Source of the DNA: a virus
IMG/VR virus record: IMGVR_UViG_3300006188_000008
Length of the DNA: 64,000 nucleotides
Strand: one strand, 5' to 3'
Below, one piece after another: positions 8,837 to 18,424 of the stretch. Each line of letters starts with the position of its first letter. The first letter of the stretch is position 1. Position numbers and translations under genes: made by a program. The notes under the pieces were generated by a model. The model was not told where the DNA came from, did no database searches, and saw nothing but the letters and a program-made list of their open reading frames with translations.

Positions 8837-10483
8837 CTAGGCTTCACAAGCAGCACAGTCTGTTAGGCTTCTACCTAACTCTTGAGCTAAGTTCTGTCCT
8901 CTTTGATAATAAAGTCCTTTAATTCCCAAAGACCAAGCTCTAATCATTAATTTATTAACATCCTTAACCGGAGTCTTTGGATGAATCATTAAATTCAAAC
9001 TTTGACCTTGATCAATATACATTTGTCTAACAGCTGCTTGATCAACAATTACAGATTGATTTATCTCTGCAAAAGTCTTAAAAACATTTTTCTCATTTTC
9101 AGTCAGAAAGCTTAGATGTTGAACTGAACCTCCCTTAAGAAGAATACTTTTCCAAGTTTCAGAATTATCTTTGCCGTGAGATTTTAATACTTCTTTAAGA
9201 TAAGGATTTTTATAAGTAAATTTACCTTTAGCTAATTCTTTAACATAATAATTAGAATTTTGAGGTTCTATGCTGGGACTAACTTGACCCAAAATAAAAG
9301 AGCTTGAAGTGGTAGGGGCTATTGCCATTAAAGTAGCATTTCTTAAACCATATCCTTTAAGGAGTTCAGGTTCTCCAAAAAGTTGAGCCATTTCCTTAGA
9401 AGCTTTTAATGTTTTTTCTTGAACAAACTTAAAAATTTCTTCATTTAAAATACCAGCCTCTTCAGATTCAAAAGAAATAAGTTTACTCTGAAGTAAACTA
9501 TGCCAACCAAGAACACCTAGACCTAATGCTCTTTGTCTAATAGAAAAATTATAAGCAGCTTGCATATAAGGCATGTCTTTTGTAAGCTTAATATATTCAG
9601 ACATTACGGCGTCTAAGAAATAAGTTAAAATTTCTACAGCATCTGTTGTCTTCCAACAATCATAATGTAAAAGATTCATAGAAGACAAACAACATACAAA
9701 AGATTCATCTTCATTACTAGCTAAAGCTATTTCATTACAAAGATTTGAAGAATGAACAATTTTATTCTTATCTTTGTATACCTTAGGCTTATTATTATTT
9801 ACATTATCCGTCCAGAAAATATATGGATATCCGGATTCAAAACGTTTCTTTAAAACTTTAGCCCAAAGTTCTCTTTTTTGTTTGTCTCCATCTATCATAG
9901 ATTGCATCCATTCGTCTGAAACACAAACTCCGATGGATAAGTTTTGAATTTGATGTCCTTCTTCTCTAATATTTAGAAATTCTTCAATGTCTCCATGGTC
10001 TATAGGCAAATAAGCAGCAAAGCTGCCTCTACGAACATTGCTCTGGGAAACCACATTTACAGCAGTTTCAAATAATTCCATAAAATGAACTGCACCTGAA
10101 GTAGTTCCTCCACTAGAAATTTTACTACCTCTAGCTCTAAGATCTCCGAAATAGCCGGATGTTCCAGAACCTTCTTTGGTCATTATCGCGACCTCTGATA
10201 ATTTTGAAAAAATACCTTCGATACGATCCGGGATAAAACTGTTGTTACAAGAAATTGGAAGAGCACGACCGCTACCAAAATTAGCCCAAATTGGACTTGC
10301 TAAGGAATAAAAACCCTGTTCCATATAAGAATTAAATTTTTCAGCAAATCCGTCAATATTTAAAATTGATTCAGCGTGTTTGGCAATTTCCCAAACACGA
10401 TCTTCGACTGTTTGATTTTCTTTTAAATAGCCTCTAGAGAGAAATTCTCTAGTCTCTTTTGTAATCCAATAATTTTTAGACAT
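8837..10483 (-). CDS. nrdA: Ribonucleotide reductase class I alpha subunit, no ATP cone
   Basis: SPIWANFG, PISC, SNLCNE, APTTSSS, GLYY, C-terminal CAAC. Confidence 0.93.
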   Translation of the reverse strand: MSKNYWITKETREFLSRGYLKENQTVEDRVWEIAKHAESILNIDGFAEKFNSYMEQGFYSLASPIWANFGSGRALPISCNNSFIPDRIEGIFSKLSEVAIMTKEGSGTSGYFGDLRARGSKISSGGTTSGAVHFMELFETAVNVVSQSNVRRGSFAAYLPIDHGDIEEFLNIREEGHQIQNLSIGVCVSDEWMQSMIDGDKQKRELWAKVLKKRFESGYPYIFWTDNVNNNKPKVYKDKNKIVHSSNLCNEIALASNEDESFVCCLSSMNLLHYDCWKTTDAVEILTYFLDAVMSEYIKLTKDMPYMQAAYNFSIRQRALGLGVLGWHSLLQSKLISFESEEAGILNEEIFKFVQEKTLKASKEMAQLFGEPELLKGYGLRNATLMAIAPTTSSSFILGQVSPSIEPQNSNYYVKELAKGKFTYKNPYLKEVLKSHGKDNSETWKSILLKGGSVQHLSFLTENEKNVFKTFAEINQSVIVDQAAVRQMYIDQGQSLNLMIHPKTPVKDVNKLMIRAWSLGIKGLYYQRGQNLAQELGRSLTDCAACEA

Positions 10484-11457
10484 TAAAATAATTCATCTCC
10501 ATTAATAACTTGAACACTTTTAGAATAATCTACTGGGCGTTTATAAAAGAAATCAGTCATTTGATTCCCATAAGTTTCTTCTTCAATCCAGTCTGTTTTA
10601 GAAATTAATTCTTTATTTATCTTAAAAGGTTTTTTAAATTTAATTGCTTTCAAACTTCCGTTAATACGATTCTTAACATATTCTTTAAGAAGTTCTTTAT
10701 TAAGAGTTTCCTCATTAAAACTTCCAAGCATCCAGTCAATGATTTTACTCTCCGCTTCAAAAGCCGCTAAAGCTTCTTGCTGAACTTTCTCTTCTAATTC
10801 CTCGTCAAAAAGTTCTGGATGTTCTTTACGAATTACATTTACAAGTTTAATTCCTACTTGAGCATGAATCATTTCTTCATTTTTTGTGTAATTAACTTGC
10901 TGGCTGGTATCTTTTAAAACATTTCTAAATCTATTAAACCAAAGTATGATATAAAATTGCGAAAAAAGAGAAACATTTTCTATAAACAAAGTAAATAAAA
11001 TAAGACTATAAAGATACTGTTTCTTACTGTCTTTATAATATTTATGAAGATACTTTCTAAGGTAATTAACTCTACCTTGAATTATATCTAATTTTAAATT
11101 TTCTTCAAAAACTTGCTGAAGACCTAAAACGTCCAAAAGTTTTTCATAAGCTTTATTATGAATTACTTCTACACTCGCCATTACCAAGCCTAAGTCAACA
11201 AGACTAGGATGAGGAAGATTATCTCCTAATTTTGCCCAAAATTTCTTTACAGCAATTTCGATCTGTCCAATAGCTGAAAGAGTGTTTTTTACTATATTTT
11301 TTTCTTCAGTATTTAAATTAATTTTAAAATCTTGAATGTCACTTTGAAAATTAAACTCATCAGGAGTCCAGTGAGATTGCCACATTGAAGATATAAACTC
11401 GGAGGCCCAAGGATAGCGGTCAGGGCGGCGGGCGATCTGTTCTTGGAAGATAGACAT
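10483..11457 (-). CDS. nrdB: Ribonucleotide reductase class I beta subunit
   Basis: QIE, EVIH...Y (radical Tyr), IENVSLFSQF, EEMIH ligands; C-terminal DFF....DY. Confidence 0.93.
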   Translation of the reverse strand: MSIFQEQIARRPDRYPWASEFISSMWQSHWTPDEFNFQSDIQDFKINLNTEEKNIVKNTLSAIGQIEIAVKKFWAKLGDNLPHPSLVDLGLVMASVEVIHNKAYEKLLDVLGLQQVFEENLKLDIIQGRVNYLRKYLHKYYKDSKKQYLYSLILFTLFIENVSLFSQFYIILWFNRFRNVLKDTSQQVNYTKNEEMIHAQVGIKLVNVIRKEHPELFDEELEEKVQQEALAAFEAESKIIDWMLGSFNEETLNKELLKEYVKNRINGSLKAIKFKKPFKINKELISKTDWIEEETYGNQMTDFFYKRPVDYSKSVQVINGDELF

Positions 11458-11544
11458 TTATTTGATAAACCAATTCTTTAAAATAGTTTATATTAGTTTA
11501 GTTATTGTAATAGTTTACTCCTATTTTTGTTTCACCAAAACAAC

Positions 11545-11572
11545 AAAAAAAAGACCCACCGAAGTGAGTCTT
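11545..11572 (-). terminator. Intrinsic terminator with cUUCGg loop
   Basis: AAGACTCAC-TTCG-GTGGGTCTT plus T tract. Confidence 0.8.
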
Positions 11573-11610
11573 TTATTCTATCAAATCTGGGTAGATTAGT
11601 CAAGAGTTTT

Positions 11611-13191
11611 TTAAACTCTTTCTAAGGCTCCAGTTCCTTGACTAGCATATTTCATAATCTCTTTTTCAAAAGAAGTTTCTTTAAGCATACTCCAATTTCT
11701 AATAACTTCAAACATTCCATTATTAAATCCAGAGACATAGAGAACATCTGGATCTGTAGGAAGTTGAGTGTTAGAAGTTCCTTGAAGATCAATCATAACA
11801 AACTTAGCATTAGGATTATTTCTTTTAATATTTTTCCAAGCTGCGTGTGCTTCGGTAGATCTTCCGTAATTGATATATTGTTTATTGTTTTCATCATCTG
11901 AAAACATAACAAAATAATCTACCTTATGCTTAGCACCTTGAACTGATTGAAGACTAGAAGCAATAGAAGTGCTGCTTCCCGAAAATCCAATTCTATCTAC
12001 ATTAGTAACTAAACTGTCCATAGGATTTAAGTTGGAAGTAATTTCTCTTGCCGAAGAGTCAAAAGTATACACCTTTGAATTAGGATTTTTCTTTAAGAAA
12101 GCACAAGCCATTAAACTAGCTACTTGAAAACAAGTAAGCCTATGGTCTACTCCAGCTCTAGGAGCTTCAGTATTACCATTTACTTTTGCTCCCATTGAAC
12201 CGGAAACATCAATAGATAAAATTACATTTCCTTCCAAAGTTGGAACATTTCGCAAACTATAATCTAAGGCTTGCTGAAGTCCAATACGCATTCTTTGATT
12301 AGTTACGTTTAAATAACTAGTATAGATTTCATGAGGGAACAAATTAGCTTTTACAATTTCTTGCTCATTTGCTAATTTAGCTGCTAGTGTTTCAGCAACT
12401 TGCTGATTATTAAACACTCCCTTTTTCTCTAAATTGTTAATATTCTGACGCAACTGATTCCAAGTCATTTGTTGAGCAAAAATTTGCCATTGTTCCTCAG
12501 AAAGCTTCTCTCCTTTAATTCTTTCAAAAGGAACTCTTGGAATAGGTTGAGTAGTGTCCTTCAACCAATTGTAATAAGTTTGAATTTGCTCGGGCAGATC
12601 CTCAGAATGTTCTCCCTTTCTAATAAGCTTGTAAACAGCCTCTCGTTGCTTGTCTCCCTTGGGAGAGGGATGAGCCATAGCCATGACTGCCGACAAGCTA
12701 GGATTAGCTCCTATTGACTGATTCCATACATCAATAGGACGACGAGAAGAGAACCAAGATTGAATCAACTTACGACCAGCGTAATTTAAATTTTTACTTC
12801 CAAATTGGCCCGTTTGAATAGTTTTCAAAAACCGACGAATACTAGAACCATCGTCACAAACTTTAGGGAAAATCTGTTTCCAATAAGGAGATTTTCTCTG
12901 ACGTAGCAATGCCAGCAAGACAACGCACATATCTTTCATGTGTTGTTTCTTAGTATAAAGAGCACAGGCTGCTACAAATTCTTCAGAACACTCTGAAGAG
13001 AGTTTCTTAACAAGTTCCAATTGCTCAGTTGCCTGAGTATAATATTTGTTATCAAGAAAACCAACACAAATAAGTTTAGCTAAACTTTGCTCTGCGGTTT
13101 CTTTATAAGCAACTGCTCCACTATTGTTAATTTCCGTAGCCTGAGTTGTAGTCGAAGTTCTTTCAGTATAAAGGATACTACTTTTATTCAT
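11611..13191 (-). CDS. Ro60/Rsr-like TROVE + vWA RNA-binding protein
   Basis: N-terminal N.SGAVAY, helical TROVE region, RQNINNL, vWA MIDAS DVSGSM and FSDDE; 526 aa. Confidence 0.9.
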   Translation of the reverse strand: MNKSSILYTERTSTTTQATEINNSGAVAYKETAEQSLAKLICVGFLDNKYYTQATEQLELVKKLSSECSEEFVAACALYTKKQHMKDMCVVLLALLRQRKSPYWKQIFPKVCDDGSSIRRFLKTIQTGQFGSKNLNYAGRKLIQSWFSSRRPIDVWNQSIGANPSLSAVMAMAHPSPKGDKQREAVYKLIRKGEHSEDLPEQIQTYYNWLKDTTQPIPRVPFERIKGEKLSEEQWQIFAQQMTWNQLRQNINNLEKKGVFNNQQVAETLAAKLANEQEIVKANLFPHEIYTSYLNVTNQRMRIGLQQALDYSLRNVPTLEGNVILSIDVSGSMGAKVNGNTEAPRAGVDHRLTCFQVASLMACAFLKKNPNSKVYTFDSSAREITSNLNPMDSLVTNVDRIGFSGSSTSIASSLQSVQGAKHKVDYFVMFSDDENNKQYINYGRSTEAHAAWKNIKRNNPNAKFVMIDLQGTSNTQLPTDPDVLYVSGFNNGMFEVIRNWSMLKETSFEKEIMKYASQGTGALERV

Positions 13192-13195
13192 AAGT

Positions 13196-13591
13196 TTATT
13201 GCATGTCCTTTTTTAGTGTATTTATTAAAAACGTAATTATAGTATTGTTCAATGATGTAGGAGCCAGTGCGTTACATTTCCCTCTAAGTTGATTTACATA
13301 AGGCAACCCGCCTGGTTTTCGTAGCACTTCTGCAATATAAATTAATTTGACATTTAGGTCAAACAAGCCCACAATAGCTCTATTTTCTGTAGGAAAGTAA
13401 CCTTCATGACCTACAGCATTACGCATGTAACTGCCCCAAGATTTTTGTATTTCGGAATCAACCGATAAAACGGTTCTTAACCCCAAAGGCAAAACTAAAC
13501 TTAGAGCTTCAGTTCCCAACGTATCTATGCCTGTTAACGGTATATGTTTTTTATTTAAGCACAATGACCAATCTGGATTAATAAATTGCAT
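13196..13591 (-). CDS. Hypothetical protein
   Basis: ORF between clpB and TROVE, same operon. Confidence 0.6.
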   Translation of the reverse strand: MQFINPDWSLCLNKKHIPLTGIDTLGTEALSLVLPLGLRTVLSVDSEIQKSWGSYMRNAVGHEGYFPTENRAIVGLFDLNVKLIYIAEVLRKPGGLPYVNQLRGKCNALAPTSLNNTIITFLINTLKKDMQ

Positions 13592-15575
13592 TGTTATTCT
13601 CCACTAGTTTCTTATTGTAAGCATAATAGACTATTTCAGTTCCAGTCTTAGTTGAAACTAATTCTGCACAAATATAATCTATGTCATTAGCTTCAAGCAG
13701 TTTTTTACTTACAGGATCTTCAATTAGTCTAACTACATTACGTTTAATTAGACGAGCACCAAAACCAGATTCATCATCATCTTTATTAATTTCATCTCGT
13801 TTAGAGAGAATAAAATCAATAACCTCTGTAGGCAGTTCTAGTTGGATATTCATATCTGCAAGCTTAGAGATAACTTTCTTTACTTGCAAATGGAAAATCT
13901 GTCGTAGAGTTTCTTGAGTCAAAGCCTTGAATTTAATAATATCGCCAATACGATTAATAAACTCAGGTGGGAATCTTTGCTTCATAGTTTCAATAGTCAT
14001 GTTAGTAGTCATGATAATTACACAATTAGTAAAATTAACAGTTCTACCTTGACCATCAGTCAAACGTCCTTCGTCAAGAAGTTGAAGGAGAATTTTATAA
14101 ATATCCGTATGAGCTTTTTCAATTTCATCCATAAGAATTACTGAATAAGGCTTTCTACGAACAGCTTCAGTTAATTGACCACCAGCTTCGTAACCAACAT
14201 ATCCAGGTGGCGGCCCAGTAAGACGATTAACTTGATGCTTTTCAGCAAATTCAGACATGTCAAGACGAATAAGGAATTTTTCATCATCAAATAATTCCTT
14301 AGTCAAGGCTTTAGAAAGCTCAGTTTTTCCAGTTCCTGTTGGGCCCATAAACATAAAGCTTGCTTTAGGTTGTTTGGGATCAGCTAAACCTGTTCTAGAA
14401 CGTCTAACAGCATTAGAAACTTTAGTTACTGCTTCGTCTTGAGCAAGAACACTTTCAGAAAGCCTTGTTTCCATTGAAAGAAGAACTTGTTTCTCATCTT
14501 TCAAAAGACTAGTTACTGGAATTTTAGTCCAGAGAGTAATAATCTTGGCAATATCTTCTTCAGTCACTTCTAACTTAAAGAATTTATATTCAAGATTATT
14601 TACTTTCTCAAGCTGTCTTTTTAGTTCGGGAATGTCTTTATACTTAATTTCTGAAACTTCTTCTAAATCAAGATTTTCTTCTAAAGAAATTTCTAGTTCG
14701 GCAATTTCTGCTTGAATTTTAACTTTAGTTCTAAAACTACTAGCTTCGTTCTCCCAAATGAGTTTCTGTTCCTCAGTTAATTCGGCCGGTGGTTGATACA
14801 TTCTACTGGATTTTAAAGCAGCCATTGCTTCGTCAATAAGATCAATTGCCTTATCCGGCAAATTTCTTTCAGTGACATATCGTTCCGAAAGAACAGCTGC
14901 GGACTCTAGAGCTTTAGTTGTAATGTTGATTCCATGAAACTCTTCATATTTAGTTTTAATATGATTAAGAATTTTTATGGTTTCTTGAACGGTCGGCGGT
15001 TCGATAAACACAGGCTGGAAACGCCGTTCGAGTCCTGCATCTTTTTCAATATTTGCTTTATATTCCGAATAAGTAGTTGCTCCAATACAACTAAACTCGC
15101 CCCTAGCAAGAGCAGGCTTAAGTAAGTTAGCGGCATCCATAGATCCTTCCGTTTTACCTGAATTGCACATAGTATGAATTTCATCAATAAATACTAAAAC
15201 TTTTCCGTTAGAATTTCTAACTTGGTCTACAACCTGGTCTAGACGTTCTTCAAAGTCACCTTTATATTTAGCTCCGGCTAGAAGCTTACTAATTTGCAGG
15301 GAGTATAGTTCTACGTCTTTTAGCTGCTCTTGAACATTACCGTCTGCAATATCTTGAGCGAGTTTTTCAATGATAGAATTTTTACCAACGCCCGCATTTC
15401 CAATAAGAACGGGATTATTTTTACGACGGCGAGCTAGAATATTAGTAATTCTAAGAATTTCGTCTTCTCGACCCAAAACGGGATCTAGAAGTCCCTGTCG
15501 AGCTTTCTCTGTTAGGTTCGTGCCGAACCGTTCCAAAGGCGGGCGATCATCCGTGGGTTCAAAATCAACTTCCAT
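13578..15575 (-). CDS. clpB: ClpB-like Hsp100 ATPase lacking the N-terminal domain
   Basis: LDPVLGR..EI, NBD1 GNAGVGKN/FIDEIH, AGAKYKG pore loop, short coiled coil, NBD2 GPTGTGKT/MDEIEKAH, GYVGY; no IGF loop. Confidence 0.88.
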   Translation of the reverse strand: MEVDFEPTDDRPPLERFGTNLTEKARQGLLDPVLGREDEILRITNILARRRKNNPVLIGNAGVGKNSIIEKLAQDIADGNVQEQLKDVELYSLQISKLLAGAKYKGDFEERLDQVVDQVRNSNGKVLVFIDEIHTMCNSGKTEGSMDAANLLKPALARGEFSCIGATTYSEYKANIEKDAGLERRFQPVFIEPPTVQETIKILNHIKTKYEEFHGINITTKALESAAVLSERYVTERNLPDKAIDLIDEAMAALKSSRMYQPPAELTEEQKLIWENEASSFRTKVKIQAEIAELEISLEENLDLEEVSEIKYKDIPELKRQLEKVNNLEYKFFKLEVTEEDIAKIITLWTKIPVTSLLKDEKQVLLSMETRLSESVLAQDEAVTKVSNAVRRSRTGLADPKQPKASFMFMGPTGTGKTELSKALTKELFDDEKFLIRLDMSEFAEKHQVNRLTGPPPGYVGYEAGGQLTEAVRRKPYSVILMDEIEKAHTDIYKILLQLLDEGRLTDGQGRTVNFTNCVIIMTTNMTIETMKQRFPPEFINRIGDIIKFKALTQETLRQIFHLQVKKVISKLADMNIQLELPTEVIDFILSKRDEINKDDDESGFGARLIKRNVVRLIEDPVSKKLLEANDIDYICAELVSTKTGTEIVYYAYNKKLVENNNAIY

Positions 15576-15606
15576 AGTTATCTACCTCCTAGTTAGTCTC
15601 TCTCTA

Positions 15607-15635
15607 AGTATAAGAGTAACTTGACTCAAAGTCAA
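15607..15635 (-). promoter_or_regulatory. Sigma70-type promoter for clpB-TROVE
   Basis: TTGACT-17 bp-TATACT followed by AGGAGG RBS. Confidence 0.7.
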
Positions 15636-16804
15636 CTGACCGTTTGTAACAAATTTGTTAACAAATCCTCGTAAGTCTCGCTTCTAAGAAGAAACTCTTG
15701 AAATAAAGCGGGACTAATTTTATTAATATAAGGGATAAACTTTTCTTCTTCAAATTGCTGATCTGGGAAAAATATTTTTAAAAATTCTTTGTATTGATAT
15801 AAATCACAATTTTCAAATTTCCAATCTCTATCAATACGTCCAGCTCTAAGCAAAGCTTTATCTAATTTCTCAACATGGTTAGCAGTTAAAATCATAATAA
15901 CTCCTTTTGGAGCAATCAAACTATCAAAAGCAGCTAAGAAGTCATTAAATTTTGGCATATCAGCATCGCAAGCTTCTCGTTGATTATAAATACAATCAAC
16001 ATCGTCAATCAATACAATTGACTCTGAAGAAACTCTACTGATTAGTTTTTGAATATTAGAACATTCCATTAATGAAGCTGAAGATATTACATTGATATCT
16101 CTATTTAATTTAGCAGCTAAATACTGAGCAACACTGGTTTTCCCTGTGCCTGGCAACCCATGCAAAAGATATCCTCTTCTAAAAGGAATATTCTTAGAAC
16201 GATATATTTTTTTATTCTTTAAGAAATTTTTAGCATCATTTAAAATTTCAGTTAAACGGCCTTCAGCCAAGATTGGCTTTAAAACTTCTCTGCTATAAAA
16301 ATTACCTAAATGCTGTTTACTTTCCTTATCAAAAGTATAAACACATCTAGCCGTATCTTTACTTAGATAATGATCTCTTGCTAAGGAACAGAGATACGAT
16401 TCTATGTGTTTGATAGACTCTTTAGAAGTAATATTTATACTAGAAGTTTCTTTCTTAGTTGAATTCCCATCCTTGTCTGTAGTGCAAATAAAAATCTCTG
16501 AAAGAATAATTTCTTTACCTTCGTGATTTACAGTTACAGATCTAGGAGCAAATTCAAAACTACCTTCTGTATACGTTCGTCTAAAATGACTAAAATCTAC
16601 CATATTAGAAATGCCTTGTTGTTGGCACATAACTTCTTTTAAGAGTCTATAGACATCTTTAGTATAAGAAACGGTAACAAGGTATTTATTTCTATGCATA
16701 AATTTTTTATAAGCGGAATTAATTCTGTTAGCAACAGAAGATTTTACTAGATTTCCAACTGTTTCAACTGTCTTTGTTACAAACAGATCCTTCAGCAGAT
16801 TCAC
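15632..16804 (-). CDS. BCS1-like AAA ATPase
   Basis: PFRRGYLLHGLPGTGKTS, IDDVD, TANH..KLDKALLRAGRIDR. Confidence 0.8.
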   Translation of the reverse strand: MNLLKDLFVTKTVETVGNLVKSSVANRINSAYKKFMHRNKYLVTVSYTKDVYRLLKEVMCQQQGISNMVDFSHFRRTYTEGSFEFAPRSVTVNHEGKEIILSEIFICTTDKDGNSTKKETSSINITSKESIKHIESYLCSLARDHYLSKDTARCVYTFDKESKQHLGNFYSREVLKPILAEGRLTEILNDAKNFLKNKKIYRSKNIPFRRGYLLHGLPGTGKTSVAQYLAAKLNRDINVISSASLMECSNIQKLISRVSSESIVLIDDVDCIYNQREACDADMPKFNDFLAAFDSLIAPKGVIMILTANHVEKLDKALLRAGRIDRDWKFENCDLYQYKEFLKIFFPDQQFEEEKFIPYINKISPALFQEFLLRSETYEDLLTNLLQTVS

Positions 16805-16997
16805 TTTTTGACTTCCTTTCTTCGTCTACTTGTTTATTTAACCGTTCCCATTGCCAAATTATGCCTTTTTTAATCTTATCTTTTCTAGGAACACTAAAAG
16901 TTTTCTTATCTTTAAAGTATATGCTATGCTTGGAACCTTCTCTTAGAAACTTCCAACCTGCTTCTTTTATTTTATTTACAAATTCAATTGTAGTCAT
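16764..16997 (-). CDS. HicA-like toxin (dsRBD fold)
   Basis: MTT.EF..KI.EAGWKFLREGSKHSIY...FSVPR; likely start 16997 (ATGA overlap). Confidence 0.7.
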   Translation of the reverse strand: MTTIEFVNKIKEAGWKFLREGSKHSIYFKDKKTFSVPRKDKIKKGIIWQWERLNKQVDEERKSKSESAEGSVCNKDS

Positions 16998-17191
16998 AAA
17001 ACTTGACTTATACAATAATCATTAATTGCTTTATACCAAGCCTTTTTCCTAATATATTTCCCATGCCTAATTACATAATTAAAATCTAAATTTATATCTC
17101 TTACACATTTTACACACAAATAAAGATGTAAACTAACAACATTAGTTGCTGTATAACAATGTAATACTTCATTATGTTTATAACAACGCAA
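16994..17191 (-). CDS. Small Cys-rich zinc-ribbon protein
   Basis: CYKH...CVKC...; ends QVL. Confidence 0.55.
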   Translation of the reverse strand: MRCYKHNEVLHCYTATNVVSLHLYLCVKCVRDINLDFNYVIRHGKYIRKKAWYKAINDYCISQVL

Positions 17192-17446
17192 TTAGAGAAC
17201 TGCCTTAATAAAATTATATATATTCCATTCTCTAACAGCCCTAGTAACTAAAAAATTACTAGGGTAACTACTTGTCGGATTTACATATCTAACAAAAATT
17301 TTTCTAGAGATTTGATCACAGATATGACAGGAGTAGATTAAGGCGTTCTGATTATTAGAATCTAAAGCATAGCTAGTCCGAAATTTAGAAGATGAACTGT
17401 TACATCTGTAACAAGGTATGATGTTTTGATCACTAAAACTAAACAT
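17192..17446 (-). CDS. Lar-like zinc-ribbon protein
   Basis: IPCYRC...CHIC...AVREWN. Confidence 0.55.
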   Translation of the reverse strand: MFSFSDQNIIPCYRCNSSSSKFRTSYALDSNNQNALIYSCHICDQISRKIFVRYVNPTSSYPSNFLVTRAVREWNIYNFIKAVL

Positions 17447-17483
17447 AAAAAAATAGAGCTTTCGCTCCTTTACAAATTTTTAA

Positions 17484-17568
17484 TGGTAGGGAATGCCGGA
17501 CTCGAACCGGCACGGATTTCTCCACGAGGCCTTAAATCTCGGGTGTCTACCAATTTCACCAATTCCCC
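17484..17568 (-). tRNA. tRNA-Leu(TAA)
   Basis: GGGGAAT/ATTCCCT A CCA; D-loop GG; CGAGA-TTTAAGG-CCTCG; long variable arm; T-loop TTCGAGT. Confidence 0.92.
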
Positions 17569-17623
17569 ACGTATGTTTTGCCACAATATGTCTTAAGTAT
17601 TGCTTACTTACGTTATTTATTTT

Positions 17624-17776
17624 TTATAGTTTAGTTAAGATTTTTACATAACTTTTTACGTAACATTCGGAGTAATGTCCGGTTCTTTTAGACCAATATA
17701 TTCTATAATAATTACCTTTATTGTTCCAAATCATTATTCCAAGGACTGGAAATTTATAATCTTTTACTAAATACAC
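17624..17776 (-). CDS. Small protein (50 aa, GTG start, not in ORF track)
   Basis: MYLVKDY..LGIM...RIYWS...KL; resembles 17776-17961 and 18425-18610. Confidence 0.45.
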   Translation of the reverse strand: MYLVKDYKFPVLGIMIWNNKGNYYRIYWSKRTGHYSECYVKSYVKILTKL

Positions 17777-17961
17777 TATAACCTACAAATAAATTTTATA
17801 TTTTCTAACCAATTATAATATAACATAGAATAACCTCCATGGCTCCAATTAATAATACATTGATCTTCTTCATAATTTAATCTAGGCGTTAGTATTCCGT
17901 AACATTTAGTCAATTTAGACTGAACTAGCCAAACACTCATAGATAGTCCTCTTACTTGCAT
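17776..17961 (-). CDS. Small hypothetical protein
   Basis: VWLVQSK...GIL...INWS...RL. Confidence 0.5.
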   Translation of the reverse strand: MQVRGLSMSVWLVQSKLTKCYGILTPRLNYEEDQCIINWSHGGYSMLYYNWLENIKFICRL

Positions 17962-18114
17962 AGATTAAGGCAAACAAGACTAAGATGTCAAGACGATCAC
18001 TTGTATACTAGTATAGCTGTAGAAGCTCCTAAAGTTATTCCTACAAATAAAGCTATTAATATAAAAGTAAGAAAAACTTGAATTCCTCCATAATAAAGTT
18101 TTTCTACATAGTCT

Positions 18115-18417
18115 CTATCCATCTAATTTCCATCCATATTGAATATTGTCTTTTATATCAGGAATACAGTGAGTTTTCATGTGAAATAAGGCTTCTTGAT
18201 GAAGATCAATAAATTTTTCTAACCAATGTGAGGAGTAATGAGGAAATTTATAAGGGTGCCATACTTCGTCATCTTCTACTAAATATCTAATCAGTAAATG
18301 GTTGTCACTTTCTCTTTTCACCAAAACAACTGCATGACAAAACCCCTTAAAGACTTTATAAGTATTAGGATATATGTTTTCTGGATTACTATCTGGTATA
18401 AGATCTTTATCTAACAT
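18115..18417 (-). CDS. Hypothetical protein
   Basis: ORF in operon orientation. Confidence 0.55.
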   Translation of the reverse strand: MLDKDLIPDSNPENIYPNTYKVFKGFCHAVVLVKRESDNHLLIRYLVEDDEVWHPYKFPHYSSHWLEKFIDLHQEALFHMKTHCIPDIKDNIQYGWKLDG

Positions 18418-18424
18418 TTTATTC

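Noticed and set aside
13681-15624. Several plus-strand ORFs over clpB (also similar ones over pth, terL, TROVE and the tape measure, e.g. 58936-59253)
   Set aside because: Antisense or alternative frames of well-supported genes; no RBS or motif.
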